A stretch of DNA of 62,516 bases, counting the filler. It is 4 parts of 4 records of this genome, joined end to end, with 100 filler letters (N's around TTAATTAATTAA, not from the genome) between each part and the next. Parts side by side here need not be neighbours in the genome. Positions count along the whole stretch, not along the records: positions 36,726 to 51,967 come from DRR378314_2184; positions 52,068 to 62,516 come from DRR378314_2202; 2 more parts are not named here. One strand, given 5' to 3'. A program made the translations under genes and the position numbers. The notes under the pieces were generated by a model. That model was not told the origin of the DNA. It searched no databases and saw only the letters and a list, made by a program, of their open reading frames with translations. Within the stretch, counting starts at the first letter, position 1. The number at the start of each line of letters is the position of its first letter. Positions 37,179 to 56,192 of this stretch are shown here, in pieces.

Positions 37179-37657
37179 CGTCTTTAGCGAACTTTCGGGC
37201 CATTCGGATGCGCATTATTTGAAGGGCTCTCTCCATTAGTGGTGCGTACAGCTCGTTGTGTTTCCGCAAACTGTGCGTGTGCTGTGTGTCGTGTGGTACT
37301 GCCGAGTTTTTTAGGTTCACGTTGGCCAGCCGTGTCTCGTGTCGCGCGCCTGCGGCACGGTTGTTTCTCTGCACGATACCGGCGCGCCACTGTATCGTTG
37401 CGTCTCCCATACTAAGTTTTGTACGTCGCACATGATAGATTGGATGCCCGCTGTGCAACGTGGGAGTTTCGTTTGCTATGCCTTGCCGGAAAATGTATGA
37501 TACCTGCTTTGCGTAGTCGGCACGCGCAGCCGGGCACAAGAGTATGGCGCGAATGTGAAAACACAATGGTAGTTTCCATCTGCTCTTGTCGTGGTTGCTG
37601 AGAGCGCGCACAGCCGTGGCGCGCAAGTTGCTTTCCTCGCTCCTGCGGTGCTGTACA

Positions 37658-43605
<5,948 letters not shown>

Positions 43606-43723
43606 AATACATTATGCACACGTATCCTGTGGCGAAAGACACGAGCCGAGCCAAACGCACAGCGCTGTCGGTGCGCGGCGAGCTGGCACGACCGCAGCGG
43701 AACGCTGCAGCACTGCGCTTCGC

Positions 43724-45857
43724 CTAGCCGCGGAGGCGACCGAGAATGTGCAGCATAACGACAGACCCGACAAGGATCAATGCAAAGACGACAACCGTCG
43801 TGGGCCCGCTGCATAAAAAAAAAGGGGGGGATGCGGCACAGAGGAGGGCGCACGCGAGTTTAGGAGTCCGGTTGCGCGGCAAGGTGCGGCGGCTTCGCAT
43901 TGCACTAGCGCGAGGTTCCTTGCACAGGAAATCCGGGGCGGGCAGGAAGCACGGATCCCAGGGAGGCCGGCGGGCTCCGCGCACAAGCGAGTCGGTATGC
44001 ACTACGGCACTTGTGCGATGGTGCTAGCAGTGAGAAGCGACGTACATCTGTAGACCCGGCGAGTTCTCGTTGTACAGACGCAGGAGCCCCGCGCCCGACT
44101 GCGGACCGAGGAGGCTGCCTCCTCCGGCTCCTCCAGCACGGCGCCTGGACACGCACAAGGCAAGGCCGTTGGGCGCCCACGGTTAGCACACACTTATTGC
44201 GAAAAGGCGACGTGCCGCGCATAGGTAAGCCGTAAGAGAAAGGCAAGGTATTGCGGCAGTGCGGTAGAGAACGTACCGACGAAGGGCTGGCGAGCCAGAG
44301 GCAGGCTGCTGCGTGCGAGCGGAGCCTGCACTGGAGCCTCCGGCGCCGCCGCGAGGCACCGATACGGAAGCCTGACTGGAAGATGCTGAACGAGCCTGCA
44401 CGACGCGAAAGGCACAGCACGGGCGGTTCCAAAGCGGGCGTTATTTACTGCTCGAAAAAATATTCCATACGGCAAGGCAATAATCAGCGCGACAATTCGA
44501 TTCGTTCAACGAACGGATCTGAATGCGGTGTGGACAAAGAGCGGTGCGAGAGTTGGCGCGGAGCGGAAGCCGCGCCTCGTGAGCACGCGGGTGCAGGACG
44601 TGGTCGGCGTGCGGCGGCCCTCGATGTGCGCACACAGCGGCAGGACCCCGACCGTGACGCCAGCGTCGCCTGCTTGCTCAAGCACGCAGTCCGCGCAGCG
44701 CTACGCCGAGCCAAGTACCCGCCAGGCACTTCGTCGCAGCCGCATACGCTATGCTGTCGATTGCGAAAAATGGAAATGCGCGCTACAATCACCAAAAAAA
44801 AGCCACGGGCTCTGCGCAGGGACGGGGGACGCGTTTACAGTAGGTGGTACAAGGCAGCGCGGCGGAGAGGCAGGGCTGCAGGGTGCTTGCCTTGCTCCGT
44901 TTCGTACTGCTGCGTTCGTCAGCAGCGGCCCCCTCGGCGCTGCAGAGCTGCGCCACGACAAACTACGGCTTGCGGGCGCAGGAGTTCCACGGCGAGAACG
45001 TCCGCCGTTCTTTGCTACACAAGTCAGCGAGCTCGCCTCTTCCTCCTACAACAACAGTACATAAACCGCTGGACGTGTTCTGTGTGTGCCGATAGATAGG
45101 TGCGCGCGTTGCAGTGGCCTCACCACATGTCAAGTTCGGTCAACACTACCCGCGCCGCATCAGAGCGTGCGGTCAGCACCCGCGGCAGGTTGCCGAGCGG
45201 GCGTGCCGCCTATGCGTTCCAGTTGCCTCGCGCTGCTGTAAGCACTGACGAGATACGGCGCTGGCAAGCAGTAATACCAATGCTCGCTGTGCCCAATAGA
45301 TTGCAAACTTGTGCCGAGAACAACAAGTAGATGCACAGACGCGTTACCCGTGCAAGCTTGGCGGGCTGCACGAGCCGAGAAGCGCACTGCAGTGCACAAC
45401 AACGCCTCAGACAGAAAGCCCTGCGCGTTGCCAGACCTTTGAGCGCATATGAATTAGCAAACAGACGCTGCTCAGCACCTATGGAAAGTGATATCGTGCT
45501 CTCTCGTGCGGTTTGCACTGGCTCGTGCGCGTTCCTTCCGCCTTCGGAAAACAACGCAGAAAGCCAGCTATAGCTTTTTTTATGGCGGAAATCGGGTCTC
45601 GCGCAGTACGGAGCCCACCGAGGGCATGGTGCCGCACGTCCGAGTCGAACGCGCACACTCGGTCGCACCACTGCTAAGCTGTTCAGAGGCGAGCAGCGAC
45701 GGCGCAGCCCCGCCGCTGGCCAAGCAGGGACCCGTCCTTGCATAAAGCAGCAAGTACGTTGCAGAGAAACGCCGACGCGCGCTTGCGCAATGCAACGATG
45801 GTACTTATGCGCCTAAATATCGTTGTGGATATGATTCACGTGTTGTATGCGTACCAT
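43724..45857 (-). CDS. SEC61B: Protein translocon subunit Sec61-beta, 101 aa
   Basis: Exons 45857-45855 (ATG only, inferred), 44395-44277, 44144-44046, 43808-43724 give ...LRRRRAGG...GLLRLYNENSPGLQIGPTTVVVFALILVGSVVMLHILGRLRG*, the Sec61-beta signature with its C-terminal TM. Confidence 0.9.
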
Positions 45858-46936
45858 GCTACTTTAGGTTCCCTTGCGTGGAAAACGACAGGGTGAGCGC
45901 GACCGCAAGTGCGTGGCAGAGGCGACGGAGAGCAGGAAATGCACTGTTCCGGCCGCCGACAGTCTCAAAGATACTGCTGCGCGGCGTCAGCGTGGCGCTC
46001 TAGCGCGAGCGCATGAGCTCGCTTGCTGTTACTGACCCTGTCATCGCATCCAGGCCCAGAGGGCTACGCTGGTTGGCGCTCCACAAACGTCTGAACATAA
46101 AGGTTTGTACTGGGTCTTAGTAGGGCTGACTTAGCGGGGGAAAGATGGTTATGACAATAGGGTTACTTTGCGGTGCGCCCATGGATGCGCAGCACTCTTC
46201 GCCCGGGATCAACGTCTCGCGCGCAGCGCCCGGAGCTCCGGAGGTGTGCAACAAAGTTGCTTTCGCGACCGGCAGCGCGAGACATAGGACGGCGGCGTTC
46301 CGCTAGCCTTGAGTATCAGCACGTGCGTTGGATTCCCTGAGCATCTTTGCAAACCGAAAGATCTGTTTTGTTTTGTTTTTCTTTCGTGAAAGAAGCGGAG
46401 ATCAGTCTGGGAGAAGGTTTGCGCTGTTCTGTCTTTCTTCGATGGTTGCTGGCGGCTTGACACGCGGAGGCGTGTCCTTGTGCACTGCGCAGCATCGAGC
46501 ATTGCTTGGCTTGCGAGGTTCGCAGTCTGTCGCTTCCTTCTGGCGAGATAGTCCAGAAGCAGCGCGGGAAGCGCAAATTTCTTGTTGCAGAGCAGCATGA
46601 TTGGAGCGCCATCGTCGAGTAGCGATGTGCGTGTGACCTTTGCAACAGAGAGTGGAGCGTTTCTTCTTGGACAACCTTTGCGATGTGTATGAACTGCGTG
46701 CGGCTCTTCCGCGCTGTTTGGACCCGCGGTTTCCCGCCACTGACGACTGCGCTTCAAGCACGTGCGAACTGTGCCGTGTGTGTTCGTGCAGATCCTCGAG
46801 GGGAAGTGTATCGCCTTTCCAGCTCTTTTTCTCGTGCTTGAGCAGGCAGCTCGACCAGCGTGCTGCTTTTGAACTCTCTTAAGCGTGCGAACCTGTACGC
46901 TTGTTGGGGGGTATTTCTGGTGTGGGCCTACGAGCA

Positions 46937-49483
46937 ATGGAAAACTACGAGCTTGTGTGCAAGCTTGGAGCTGGCAACTTTGGGACCGTGAGCAAAGTTC
47001 GTCGCCGGAGCGACGGGAAGGTACGCTTAGCAACACGCCATCTCCGGGTCTCATGCTCTTCCACCTCGTTTTGAACTTGCACAGAGAGCGCCGATTCAAG
47101 TTTGCCTGTGACAGTGTAACCTTCGTTCGGATATGTTGCTCGTCAAGTGGAGCTGGGTGCTTGATGGCGGCGCAGGCATCGGTGGCGCTTGCCGGAGCAG
47201 TGGCAGAACGTTGTGGGAGCACCTGCTGTGAACGGCTCGGACAGTTTAGCACTCGCGCTTCGGGGCTTCTATGCGAGGGCTTGGGCGCTCTGTTGCAATG
47301 CAGCATTGTTGCTATTTTCTTCCCTATGATGTGCCGCGAAAGACGCTTATTGCTCTTATTTTTTTGTGTTGATGATTTGTTCCCTTGCCACACTGGTGTG
47401 AGTAGTGTGCAGTACTGGTGCTTGTGCTGGAAAGAGAGGGGACGTGAACTGCGTTGCGCTATTCACTTTTGATTGCAGCGCCCAACGCTTTTGAACTCTG
47501 CGTGTTCCGCGACGAAGCCTGCTGAGCAGTGGTAGGAACACCGTCCGGCGTTGCAGCGTGCTCAGCGCATGCCTTGTCGTTTCGTCCACCCACAACGCCC
47601 TTTTTCCACAGTATTATGTATGGAAGGAAGTTAACTATGGTAAAATGAGCGAGAAGGAGAAGCAGCTGCTGGTGGACGAAGTGAATATTCTTCGCGAGCT
47701 CCGGCATCCCGGCATCGTGCGGTACCATGATCGCATCATTGACCGCGAGCATACGCGAATATTCATTGTCATGGAGTACTGCGAAGGGGGTGACCTCGCA
47801 ACGCTAGTAAAGCGTTGCCGACGTGAGCGGTACGAACTGTCGGTGCTAAAGTTGTGCTCTCGCATTACGATGTGTATGTCCGAGGTGTCAGCGCGCTGCC
47901 TCTGGGTGGCTCAGGGAGTGCGCGCTATGGGTGTAGCAGCCGAACTTGCCCCGAATCGAAAGCTTCCGTCAGGCTGTCCCTACGCACGTGCGTGGCAATC
48001 CTCATACCTCTCGTTGTAGAATTGCTGTGCGCGCCGCTCATGTAAACATGGTGTTCTTATCGATGGGTTCGACTGCCTTGTGCTGGTGTGGGCTTCGTGC
48101 ATCGGAAACTTTGTCAGGTCCTACATTGATGAAGAAGCGATCTGGCGCATCTTTACGCAGCTTCTCGAAGCGCTCGGCGAATGCCATTCTCGCAAGCAGA
48201 AGATTCTGCACCGCGACCTTAAGCCTGCAAACGTTTTCCTCGATGGCCAGCAGAATGTGAAGCTGGGAGATTTCGGTCTCGCTCGCGTGCTTGGCGTAAA
48301 TAGCAAATTTGCGTATACAAATGTCGGAACTCCGTATTATATGTCCCCGGAGCAAGTGAACGAAGTGGCGTACAACGACAAATCAGACGTGTGGTCGCTT
48401 GGTTGTGTCCTGTACGAACTCGCAGCGCTTCGGTACGTTGGCATGCTTCCGCGTCGCGCGGTCTTCATGAATCGTCTTGAACTTGATTCGATGAGCTCCT
48501 GCTAGATATTCCTTTCCTATCCGCCGTTGTTTTGTGATGTGAAGCCTCGTTGCATCTTGGTGCGCTTGTGCTCCATTTCGTGACAAGCCAGAGCACACCC
48601 TGTTTGCGGCTGCGCTGCTGCAATGCAGTGCCTTGCATTGCAACAAAACAAAAGCGACGAAAAAGAAGAAGCTTATGTCTGTGAGTTTTCCGAGCTATCC
48701 CTCTGAGATATGGCGCTCACGTGTGAATATCATGCTTTTGGTTGCATTCCAGCCCACCCTTTGAAGCATCGAATCAGCTATCACTGGCGGTAAAGATCAA
48801 GGAAGGAAGGCTGTCGCCGCTTCCCGAGCGATACTCTAGCGATCTGTGGAGAATGATTCGCTCCATGCTGCAGGTAGATATGGCGCGACGGCCGTCAATC
48901 GCCGAGCTACTACAACACCCTACTGTTGTTGGACGCTCCATGGTATGTAGGGACGGGGTTAGAAAGCGAAAGCGGACAAATCCCTTTGGTATCGACTGGT
49001 GATAGCGCCCTTTTTCGCGGCAAGCTTGAAGCACATCGGTTGTGCTGTGAGCATTGCTGCATATGCAGTTTGAATCCGTGGGTCCTTTTTGTTTACTATC
49101 CGCCTGTGTTAGGGTTAGTTTCAGTTTGGGTACCGAAAGAATGTATCATACTTGTGGTTTTTGCTTCGCTGCCAACGCTGGTTCCCGCTGTTTATTCATG
49201 TTTGTTTGCGGTGAAGCCGCAGAAGGAGACACCCGTGCCCAGTTCGCTGCGCGCGCGGGAAGAGGAGCTGCTTCGCCGCGAAGCTGCTGTTGCAGAGCTC
49301 GAAAAGAAGCTGCAAGCGTATGAAGCACAGCTGAAATATCGCGAGGCACAACTTCTTGCGCGAGAACGCAGTTTGCGCGAGCAGGAGAGCGCCCCTCCAC
49401 TTCTTGGAGTCGGTGGCCGGCAGAAGACGGACGGCGCTTTGTACGTGTACAACAAAGAGAACCTAGAAGGGAAAATGAACACG
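46937..49483 (+). CDS. NEK2: NIMA-related kinase (NEK2-like) with coiled coil; terminal exon(s) unresolved
   Basis: Exons 46937-47020 (LGAGNFGTV), 47612-47829 (WKEVNYGKMSEKEKQLLVDEVNILREL), 48118-48432 (HRDLKPAN, DFG, VGTPYYMSPE), 48753-48942, about 49223-49483 (REEELLRRE coiled coil, NKEN). It may instead read through to TGA at 49573. Confidence 0.9.
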
Positions 49484-51967
49484 GTACGGTGTTGTGGTGC
49501 GGAAAGCTTCGTGCTACCGAGCTCATTTTTTTCGGTATCGCGCGACGCCCTGGATCTGGACCGCCAGCGATGATCCGTGGACGGCTGTTTTGTGAGAAGG
49601 TTGAGTGACGAACGGTATCTTCGGCTATGTGCGAGAGACCGATCATGAGATGCCAAAGCGGTTGTCGAGACCGGAACCCACGCCTGATGCGAGTCGATAT
49701 TTTTTCTTGTACGCGCGCGCTTTGCTGCTCCTGAAAACTGAATATCCTACAGGAACCTATGGGGATTCCAACTGAGCTTGTTCGTCAGCACAGCTTACCC
49801 GAAGCAGGAGCAGGGCATGTCGATTTTCTTGAGAAATACGTCAACCACAGGCTTGCATAGCGAGAGCAGAGTGCGCACGGGACAGTTCGATATATGCATT
49901 CGTACAGCAAAGAAGCGCTTCTATGTACCATATTCGCTACAGCATGCTGAGCTTTCGAAAATGAGAATACACGACTCTTTTTCTTGCTGTGAAGCAGCAG
50001 TTTTTTTTTCGGCCGCAAGGTTGAAGTTGTGAGAAGGTTCGGCGCCGTGCTCTGTAAGCGCAATCGCAGAGGTCTCTGGCGAAGCAAGAGACTACGATGC
50101 ATGGTGTGCTTGTTTTCGTCGAAAGTTGTTCCTTGGGGCACGCTGTCGACGGCCTGGGTGCTTTTGTGCGGAAGAGAGGTAACCGTTGAAAGTCCATGAT
50201 ATGGATTTTTTTACTTTCGGTGGAGTGCAGCAGGGCGGGTATGCCAGGTACGTGCTCGCAAATCGGATGAGTAGCGCGTACAAATCTGGCCCTTTCAACG
50301 CGCGCCCAGTTGGCCGATGTAACGGACGAGGTGTGGGAGGCACGCCGAGCAAACGAACGACAGCTGTAGCGTCACTGGTTGGGAGCAAGTGTTCGCGCAG
50401 TGGATGCTTCGTGTATCCAATTCCACGCTCTTTGTTATCGATACAGAGCGAGAGGGCATGCGTTTTGCCTTGTCGCTTTGTTTTCATTCTTGCCACGGCG
50501 AGATCGAGGCTACGCTTCGTGCAGTGAAGCGCAGTGCTCGGCGGTCCCGCGTTGGAAGGGGGTCCAAGCCTCGCAGGGCCGGGCCGAGTGTGCTGTCCTG
50601 AGCGGCCGAGGTGTGGTGGCGAAAGAGCTACCATCCGTGCACCTCGGGCACGCGCGCGATTCGAAACAGTCGTCGTTCAAAATGAAGAGGGAGTAACTCA
50701 CACATTCCTATTGATGGCCTGTAGAGAGTTGGATCCGGGAAAGCCGCACAGCAGTACAGGACAGGTCGTGAAGCTTGAGAGCAAGGAGTGTGCCAGAGGG
50801 CGGACGAAGGCGCTCGCGTGTTCTCCGTGCCGCTCCGTAGTTGGAGGCACAGCCGAGTGCCGGCTTTGGAGGTCTGTGACGATAGCCGTGTGCCACCAGC
50901 TTGGTTCGGGTAGATCATGCAGTTTTCGTCACCTACTGCGCTTCACATTTACACGGAAGTTCGATCAAGCGCTAAGAATTTTATTTGCGGGATGCTTAAA
51001 ACTCTGCTTATCAAATTCCCGTTTGGCATGGAGCGGTGGCGCTTGGGTTGCCAGCTGAGCGTCGGACGGCACTGTTTCTGCGCGGTCGACCAACGGCGAC
51101 GGCGCTTTGCCGCAGGCTCCTTCAGGAAGCGAGCCGTCCAACTGTTGCTTCGCGACGATCTGCATTCATTTTTTTTCTTTCGCCATCTTTGTAATTTACG
51201 AAATTATCATGCGCATGCCAGCAAGGTTCTGGAGCGCCGGTCTACTTTGGGGTGCAACTTGTAGCACGGGCGCGCGTAGGCCCATGCTTGCTGAGCGGGG
51301 ATGTCGGTACACCAGCCCAGGTGCGGAGCTTGTGCTACCGATTCAGGCAAGTGGCACACATTTTGTGCGCCAGAAGTAGGCGCGTGCACGGACAGTCGCA
51401 CCCTCATTTGTGCAACACAGAAAAGATGTATTGATATGTCGCTCTTACGGTTGTAGCCTGTGAGATGAAAAATCAACGCCTTTCGCACGCGAGAGACAAC
51501 ACCTGGCATGTTGGCAAGAGCCAGAAGCGGCTCGTGTAGGCTGCTGTACAGACGTCGTTGTGGCGCAAAGGCGGAATTATCCGCAGGGCACAGTACTATG
51601 GTTTGACTGACGAGGCAGTCGCGTCCTGGCGGCGCTTCGATGGGGGCTGATTGCTGCGCCGCCCGCCGCGCCAGGCCATGCCCAAAGCAGTGTTTAGAAA
51701 ATGGATGACGATTCAGGACAATTGAAGCTGCCAGCCGCGGTGCAAAATGATCGCAGTGCACGGGACCCTAACGGGGCGATTCGCGAGCGCAACTGCTTCG
51801 CCTCAGTTTCTTTGTTCAATACGAACTGGGGATTTGCACCACTAGGTATTTGGACAGGGGGCATCACTTACGGCGCGCGTGTGGCCTTTGCGCGGCTTGC
51901 CCACGCCGCGTCAGCACTACCACATATTTTGCTCAGTAGTTTGTCCCACGACAAGCCACAGCTGTTA

Positions 51968-52067
51968 NNNNNNNNNNNNNNNNNNNNNNNNNNNNNNNNN
52001 NNNNNNNNNNNTTAATTAATTAANNNNNNNNNNNNNNNNNNNNNNNNNNNNNNNNNNNNNNNNNNNN
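51968..52067. other. Artificial contig linker (eukaryote/bacterium boundary)
   Basis: 44 N + TTAATTAATTAA + 44 N. Confidence 0.99.
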
Positions 52068-52554
<487 letters not shown>

Positions 52555-52578
52555 GCCCCCCACCACACAGAGACAGAC

Positions 52579-52607
52579 AAACGCCCCCGATCCGGGGGCG
52601 TTTTTTT
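52579..52607 (+). terminator. Rho-independent terminator of carB
   Basis: AAACGCCCCCG-ATC-CGGGGGCGTTT followed by a T-run. Confidence 0.85.
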
Positions 52608-52740
52608 GTTGCCGTCGCCCTCGTCAAATCCGGACCAGGGCTGGTTGAGAGTGCACGGCAAGAACAGATGCATACGGCAGTCGTATACTTATGCTAAGGA
52701 CGCATCAGACACGTTCATTCCTTTTCTGACAGGTGCCCTT

Positions 52741-52821
52741 ATGATGATCCGCCGCTTTCTCTGCCTCTCCCTGTTTCTGACGCTGGCTGCCTGCGATGTA
52801 CCACTGGTGCCGCTGATCTGA
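52741..52821 (+). CDS. Putative 26-aa micro-lipoprotein
   Basis: MMIRRFLCLSLFLTLAA-CDVPLVPLI*: basic N-region, hydrophobic H-region, lipobox LAAC. Confidence 0.55.
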   Translation: MMIRRFLCLSLFLTLAACDVPLVPLI

Positions 52822-53032
52822 TCTCTCACCGCATGTGGTGAGTTTTCACACAATTGAATCATATGTTTACGGAGCATTCACGGCGTCTGCGTTGCGACGA
52901 CTCAGTCGCGCGGGCAGAGTGATCCCTGCATAGAGCAGCCCAGAAGGGCAGCGGAAGATCATGTTCCCTCCGGCCATCACCTGCTCTCTCACCCCCTCAC
53001 AGATGGCCAACCCTTGATCTCCCCTTTAACGG

Positions 53033-53066
53033 AAAAGCCCCGTGGGACAGGATCCCCGGGGCTTTT
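53033..53066 (-). terminator. Probable (bidirectional) terminator downstream of the RND gene
   Basis: AAAAGCCCCG-T-GGGA loop TCCC-CGGGGCTTTT inverted repeat with A/T tails on both sides. Confidence 0.75.
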
Positions 53067-53125
53067 CTCTGTCTTGTTTGTTCCGGCCGCGCCCCGAAGG
53101 GCGCAACCGGATGTCTGTCAGGTCA

Positions 53126-56100
53126 TCAGGCCGCCGCAGCCACCTCGGCCTTCTCGCGGCGTTCTACTCCTTTGAAGAAGATCAGGTAGAACACCGGTGC
53201 GGCCACCAGGGTCAGCACGGTGGCAAAGGCCAGACCACCCATGATGGTCACCGCCATGGAGACGAAGAAGGCATCGCTCATCAGCGGCGCCATGCCGAGG
53301 ATGGTGGTCACCGCCGCCAGCATCACTGGACGCAGACGCGACACCGAGGCCTTGACGATGCTTTCGCGCAGGGGCAGGCCCTCCTCGCGGCGCACGATGT
53401 CGATCTCCTCCACCAGAACGATGCCGTTCTTGATCAGCATCCCCGACAGGCTCAGCAGACCCAGAAGCGCGGTGAAGGTGAAGGGCAGCCCGGTGCCCAT
53501 CAGCCCGATCACCACGCCGTTCACGCTCATCGGCACCAGCAACCAGATGATGATCGGCTGGCGGATGGCATTGAACAACAGCACCGAGATCAGCACCATG
53601 ATCAGGAGCGACAGCGGCAACTGCTTGCCAAGGCTTTCGTTGGCCTCAGAGGAGTTCTCATGCTCGCCGCCCCACTCCATCTTGTAGCCGAGCGGCACCT
53701 CGATGGCCTCCACTGCGGACTGCACCTCGCTGAACACCGTCGCCGCCGTCACCTCGGATGAGATATCTGCACCGATGGTGATGGTGTAGACCCGATCCCG
53801 ACGATGGACGAGGGTGTTCTGCACCTCGTAACCTACCCCGTCGAGCATCTGCTCGATCGGAATCCAGGTGCCCGCAGTCTCGGAAAACACGACCTGATTC
53901 ATCAGGTTGTATGGCTCTTCCGGCGGCTGGCGCATGACGATGGGGATCAGACGTTCACGCTCGCGGAACACCCCCGTCGTCGACCCGTTGGTCGAGAATT
54001 CCAACGCGTTGGAGATCGCATCCCGCGTCACACCTGCGGTCTGCGCCCGATCCGTTGCATAGATCGGCTTCAGGACCAGCTCCTGTTCGCGCCAGTCGTG
54101 GCGGACGTCGCGCGTCAGGTCGCTTGTGGTCTCCAGCGCTACTTTGGCCTCTGCTGCCAGCTGTCGCAACACTGCCGGATCAGGCCCGGAGAACCGCACT
54201 TCCACCGGAGCCCCGCCGCCGGGGCCAAAGACCAGCCGTTCGGTGCGGAACTCGCCTTCCGGGAAGCGGGACTTGCCAAAGGCTTCCAGCTCCGCCTGCA
54301 GCGCCGGGATCTGCTCGATGTTTTCGGTGCGGATGATCAGGTGACCATAGCTCGGGTTGGCCTTCTCTGCCGAATAGGTCAGCAGAAACCGGGTTGCCCC
54401 CTGCCCCACGAATGTCGCCGTTGACACAACATCATCGCGGGCAGCCAGCCACTCCTCGACCACGGCCAGATGCGTCGATGTGGTCTCGATCGCCGTGCCC
54501 TGCGGCAATTTATAGTGCACGTAGAACAGCGGCGTGTTGGAGTTCGGGAAGAACTGCTGCTTCAGCATGCCAAAGCCCATGAAGCACACCACCGTCACCG
54601 CAATCAGACCGGCCACGACGAACCAGCGCAGTTTCAGCGCCGCCCGCAGCAGGCCACCATAGGCGCGGAACATCAAACCGCCATAGCTGTCGAGATCCTC
54701 GCCGGTGCCACGCTTGAAGAAGTAATGCCCCAGCAGCGGCGTCACGGTCAGCGCCAGAAGCCAGCTCAACAGAAGCGAAATCCCGATCACCGCAAAGAGC
54801 GAGAACATGAACTCACCCGTGGCATCCGGGCTAAGACCAATACCGGCAAAGGCCATAATGCCGATGACCGTCGCGCCAAGAAGCGGGATCTGCGTCTTGG
54901 CCGCCGCCTCATGCGCCGCCTCGCGCGAGGATCTGCCTTTCTGCATGGTGATCTGCATGCCCTCGGCCACAACGATGGCGTTGTCCACCAGCATGCCCAT
55001 GGCGATGATCAGCGCACCCAGTGAAATCCGTTCCATCTCGATCGAGAACAGCGCCATGAAGAACAGCGTGCCCACCACCGTAAGCAGCAGCGTCGTGCCC
55101 ACCACGATCGCCGCACGCCAGCCCATGAACAGCGCCAGCACCACGATCACGATGGCCACCGACATGGCAAGGTTCACCAGAAAGTCGTTGGAGGCCTTCT
55201 CCACCACGATATGCTGCTGGTAGATCGGGTGCAGCTCCACACCAAAGGGAATGTCGCTGTCCAACTCGGCCAGCTTGTCATCCACCCGGTGCCCCACATC
55301 GACGATGTTTTCGTTGGCAATGCCCGATACGCCCAGCGTGAAGGCTTCCATCCCGTTGAACCGGATCAGCTCGTTCGGGTCTACTTCGCGCCCGCGCCAA
55401 ACATTGGCAATGTCGATGATGTTGATGGTTTCACCACCCACGCCCACCGTGAGACCGGCGATTTCCGACACGGAGTCGGTCCCCTCCGGCGTCTGCAGAA
55501 GCGTGTTCAGACTGCCGGCCTTGATCTCGCCCGCCGGTGTGACGGAGTTCGATGTGGCGATGGCATTGGCGATCGCATCCACAGAAACGCCCAGATTGGT
55601 CGCCACCGGCATGTCCGGTTCGACATAGATGGATTCGTTGCGCAAACCTGCGAGATTGACGTCGGCCACGCCCTCCACCGTCAGCAGCTCCCGCCGCAGA
55701 TAGGTGGACAGTTCGTATTTCTCCTTGTCAGAGAACCCTTCCGCCGTCACCGCATAGAAAATGCCAAAGACGTCGCCGAAACTGTCGTTGACCAGCGGTT
55801 CGCTGACGCCATCCGGCAATCCCCGCGCCGCATCGCCCACCTTGGCGCGCAGTTTGGTCCAGATCTGCGGCAGTTCGGACCCGTCATAGGTGTCCTGCAT
55901 CTCGACCTCGATGATCGACACGCCGGGCCGGTTCATCGAGCTGATTTCCTTCACTTCCGCCATCTTCTGAATGGCGGATTCCAGCGGTTCGGAGACCTCC
56001 ATCGCCACCTGTTCCGCGGTGGCGCCGGGATAGGTGGTCTGGATCACCGCCTGTTTGATGGTAAAGGCCGGGTCTTCCAGCCGCCCGAGGCTGAGAAAGC

Positions 56101-56182
56101 CCCAGATGCCCCCGAACAGGGCAAACAACATGATCAGCCACGTATAAAGCGGCCGTTGAATGGATCCGCGTGCAATGTCCAT
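53126..56182 (-). CDS. RND efflux transporter permease (AcrB/AcrD/AcrF family), 1018 aa
   Basis: Two 1+5 TM halves; GMLVDNAIVVAE (TM4), GMLIKNGIVL (TM10), SRLRPVMLAAVTT (TM11). Confidence 0.95.
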   Translation of the reverse strand: MDIARGSIQRPLYTWLIMLFALFGGIWGFLSLGRLEDPAFTIKQAVIQTTYPGATAEQVAMEVSEPLESAIQKMAEVKEISSMNRPGVSIIEVEMQDTYDGSELPQIWTKLRAKVGDAARGLPDGVSEPLVNDSFGDVFGIFYAVTAEGFSDKEKYELSTYLRRELLTVEGVADVNLAGLRNESIYVEPDMPVATNLGVSVDAIANAIATSNSVTPAGEIKAGSLNTLLQTPEGTDSVSEIAGLTVGVGGETINIIDIANVWRGREVDPNELIRFNGMEAFTLGVSGIANENIVDVGHRVDDKLAELDSDIPFGVELHPIYQQHIVVEKASNDFLVNLAMSVAIVIVVLALFMGWRAAIVVGTTLLLTVVGTLFFMALFSIEMERISLGALIIAMGMLVDNAIVVAEGMQITMQKGRSSREAAHEAAAKTQIPLLGATVIGIMAFAGIGLSPDATGEFMFSLFAVIGISLLLSWLLALTVTPLLGHYFFKRGTGEDLDSYGGLMFRAYGGLLRAALKLRWFVVAGLIAVTVVCFMGFGMLKQQFFPNSNTPLFYVHYKLPQGTAIETTSTHLAVVEEWLAARDDVVSTATFVGQGATRFLLTYSAEKANPSYGHLIIRTENIEQIPALQAELEAFGKSRFPEGEFRTERLVFGPGGGAPVEVRFSGPDPAVLRQLAAEAKVALETTSDLTRDVRHDWREQELVLKPIYATDRAQTAGVTRDAISNALEFSTNGSTTGVFRERERLIPIVMRQPPEEPYNLMNQVVFSETAGTWIPIEQMLDGVGYEVQNTLVHRRDRVYTITIGADISSEVTAATVFSEVQSAVEAIEVPLGYKMEWGGEHENSSEANESLGKQLPLSLLIMVLISVLLFNAIRQPIIIWLLVPMSVNGVVIGLMGTGLPFTFTALLGLLSLSGMLIKNGIVLVEEIDIVRREEGLPLRESIVKASVSRLRPVMLAAVTTILGMAPLMSDAFFVSMAVTIMGGLAFATVLTLVAAPVFYLIFFKGVERREKAEVAAAA

Positions 56183-56192
56183 GACGCGGGCC

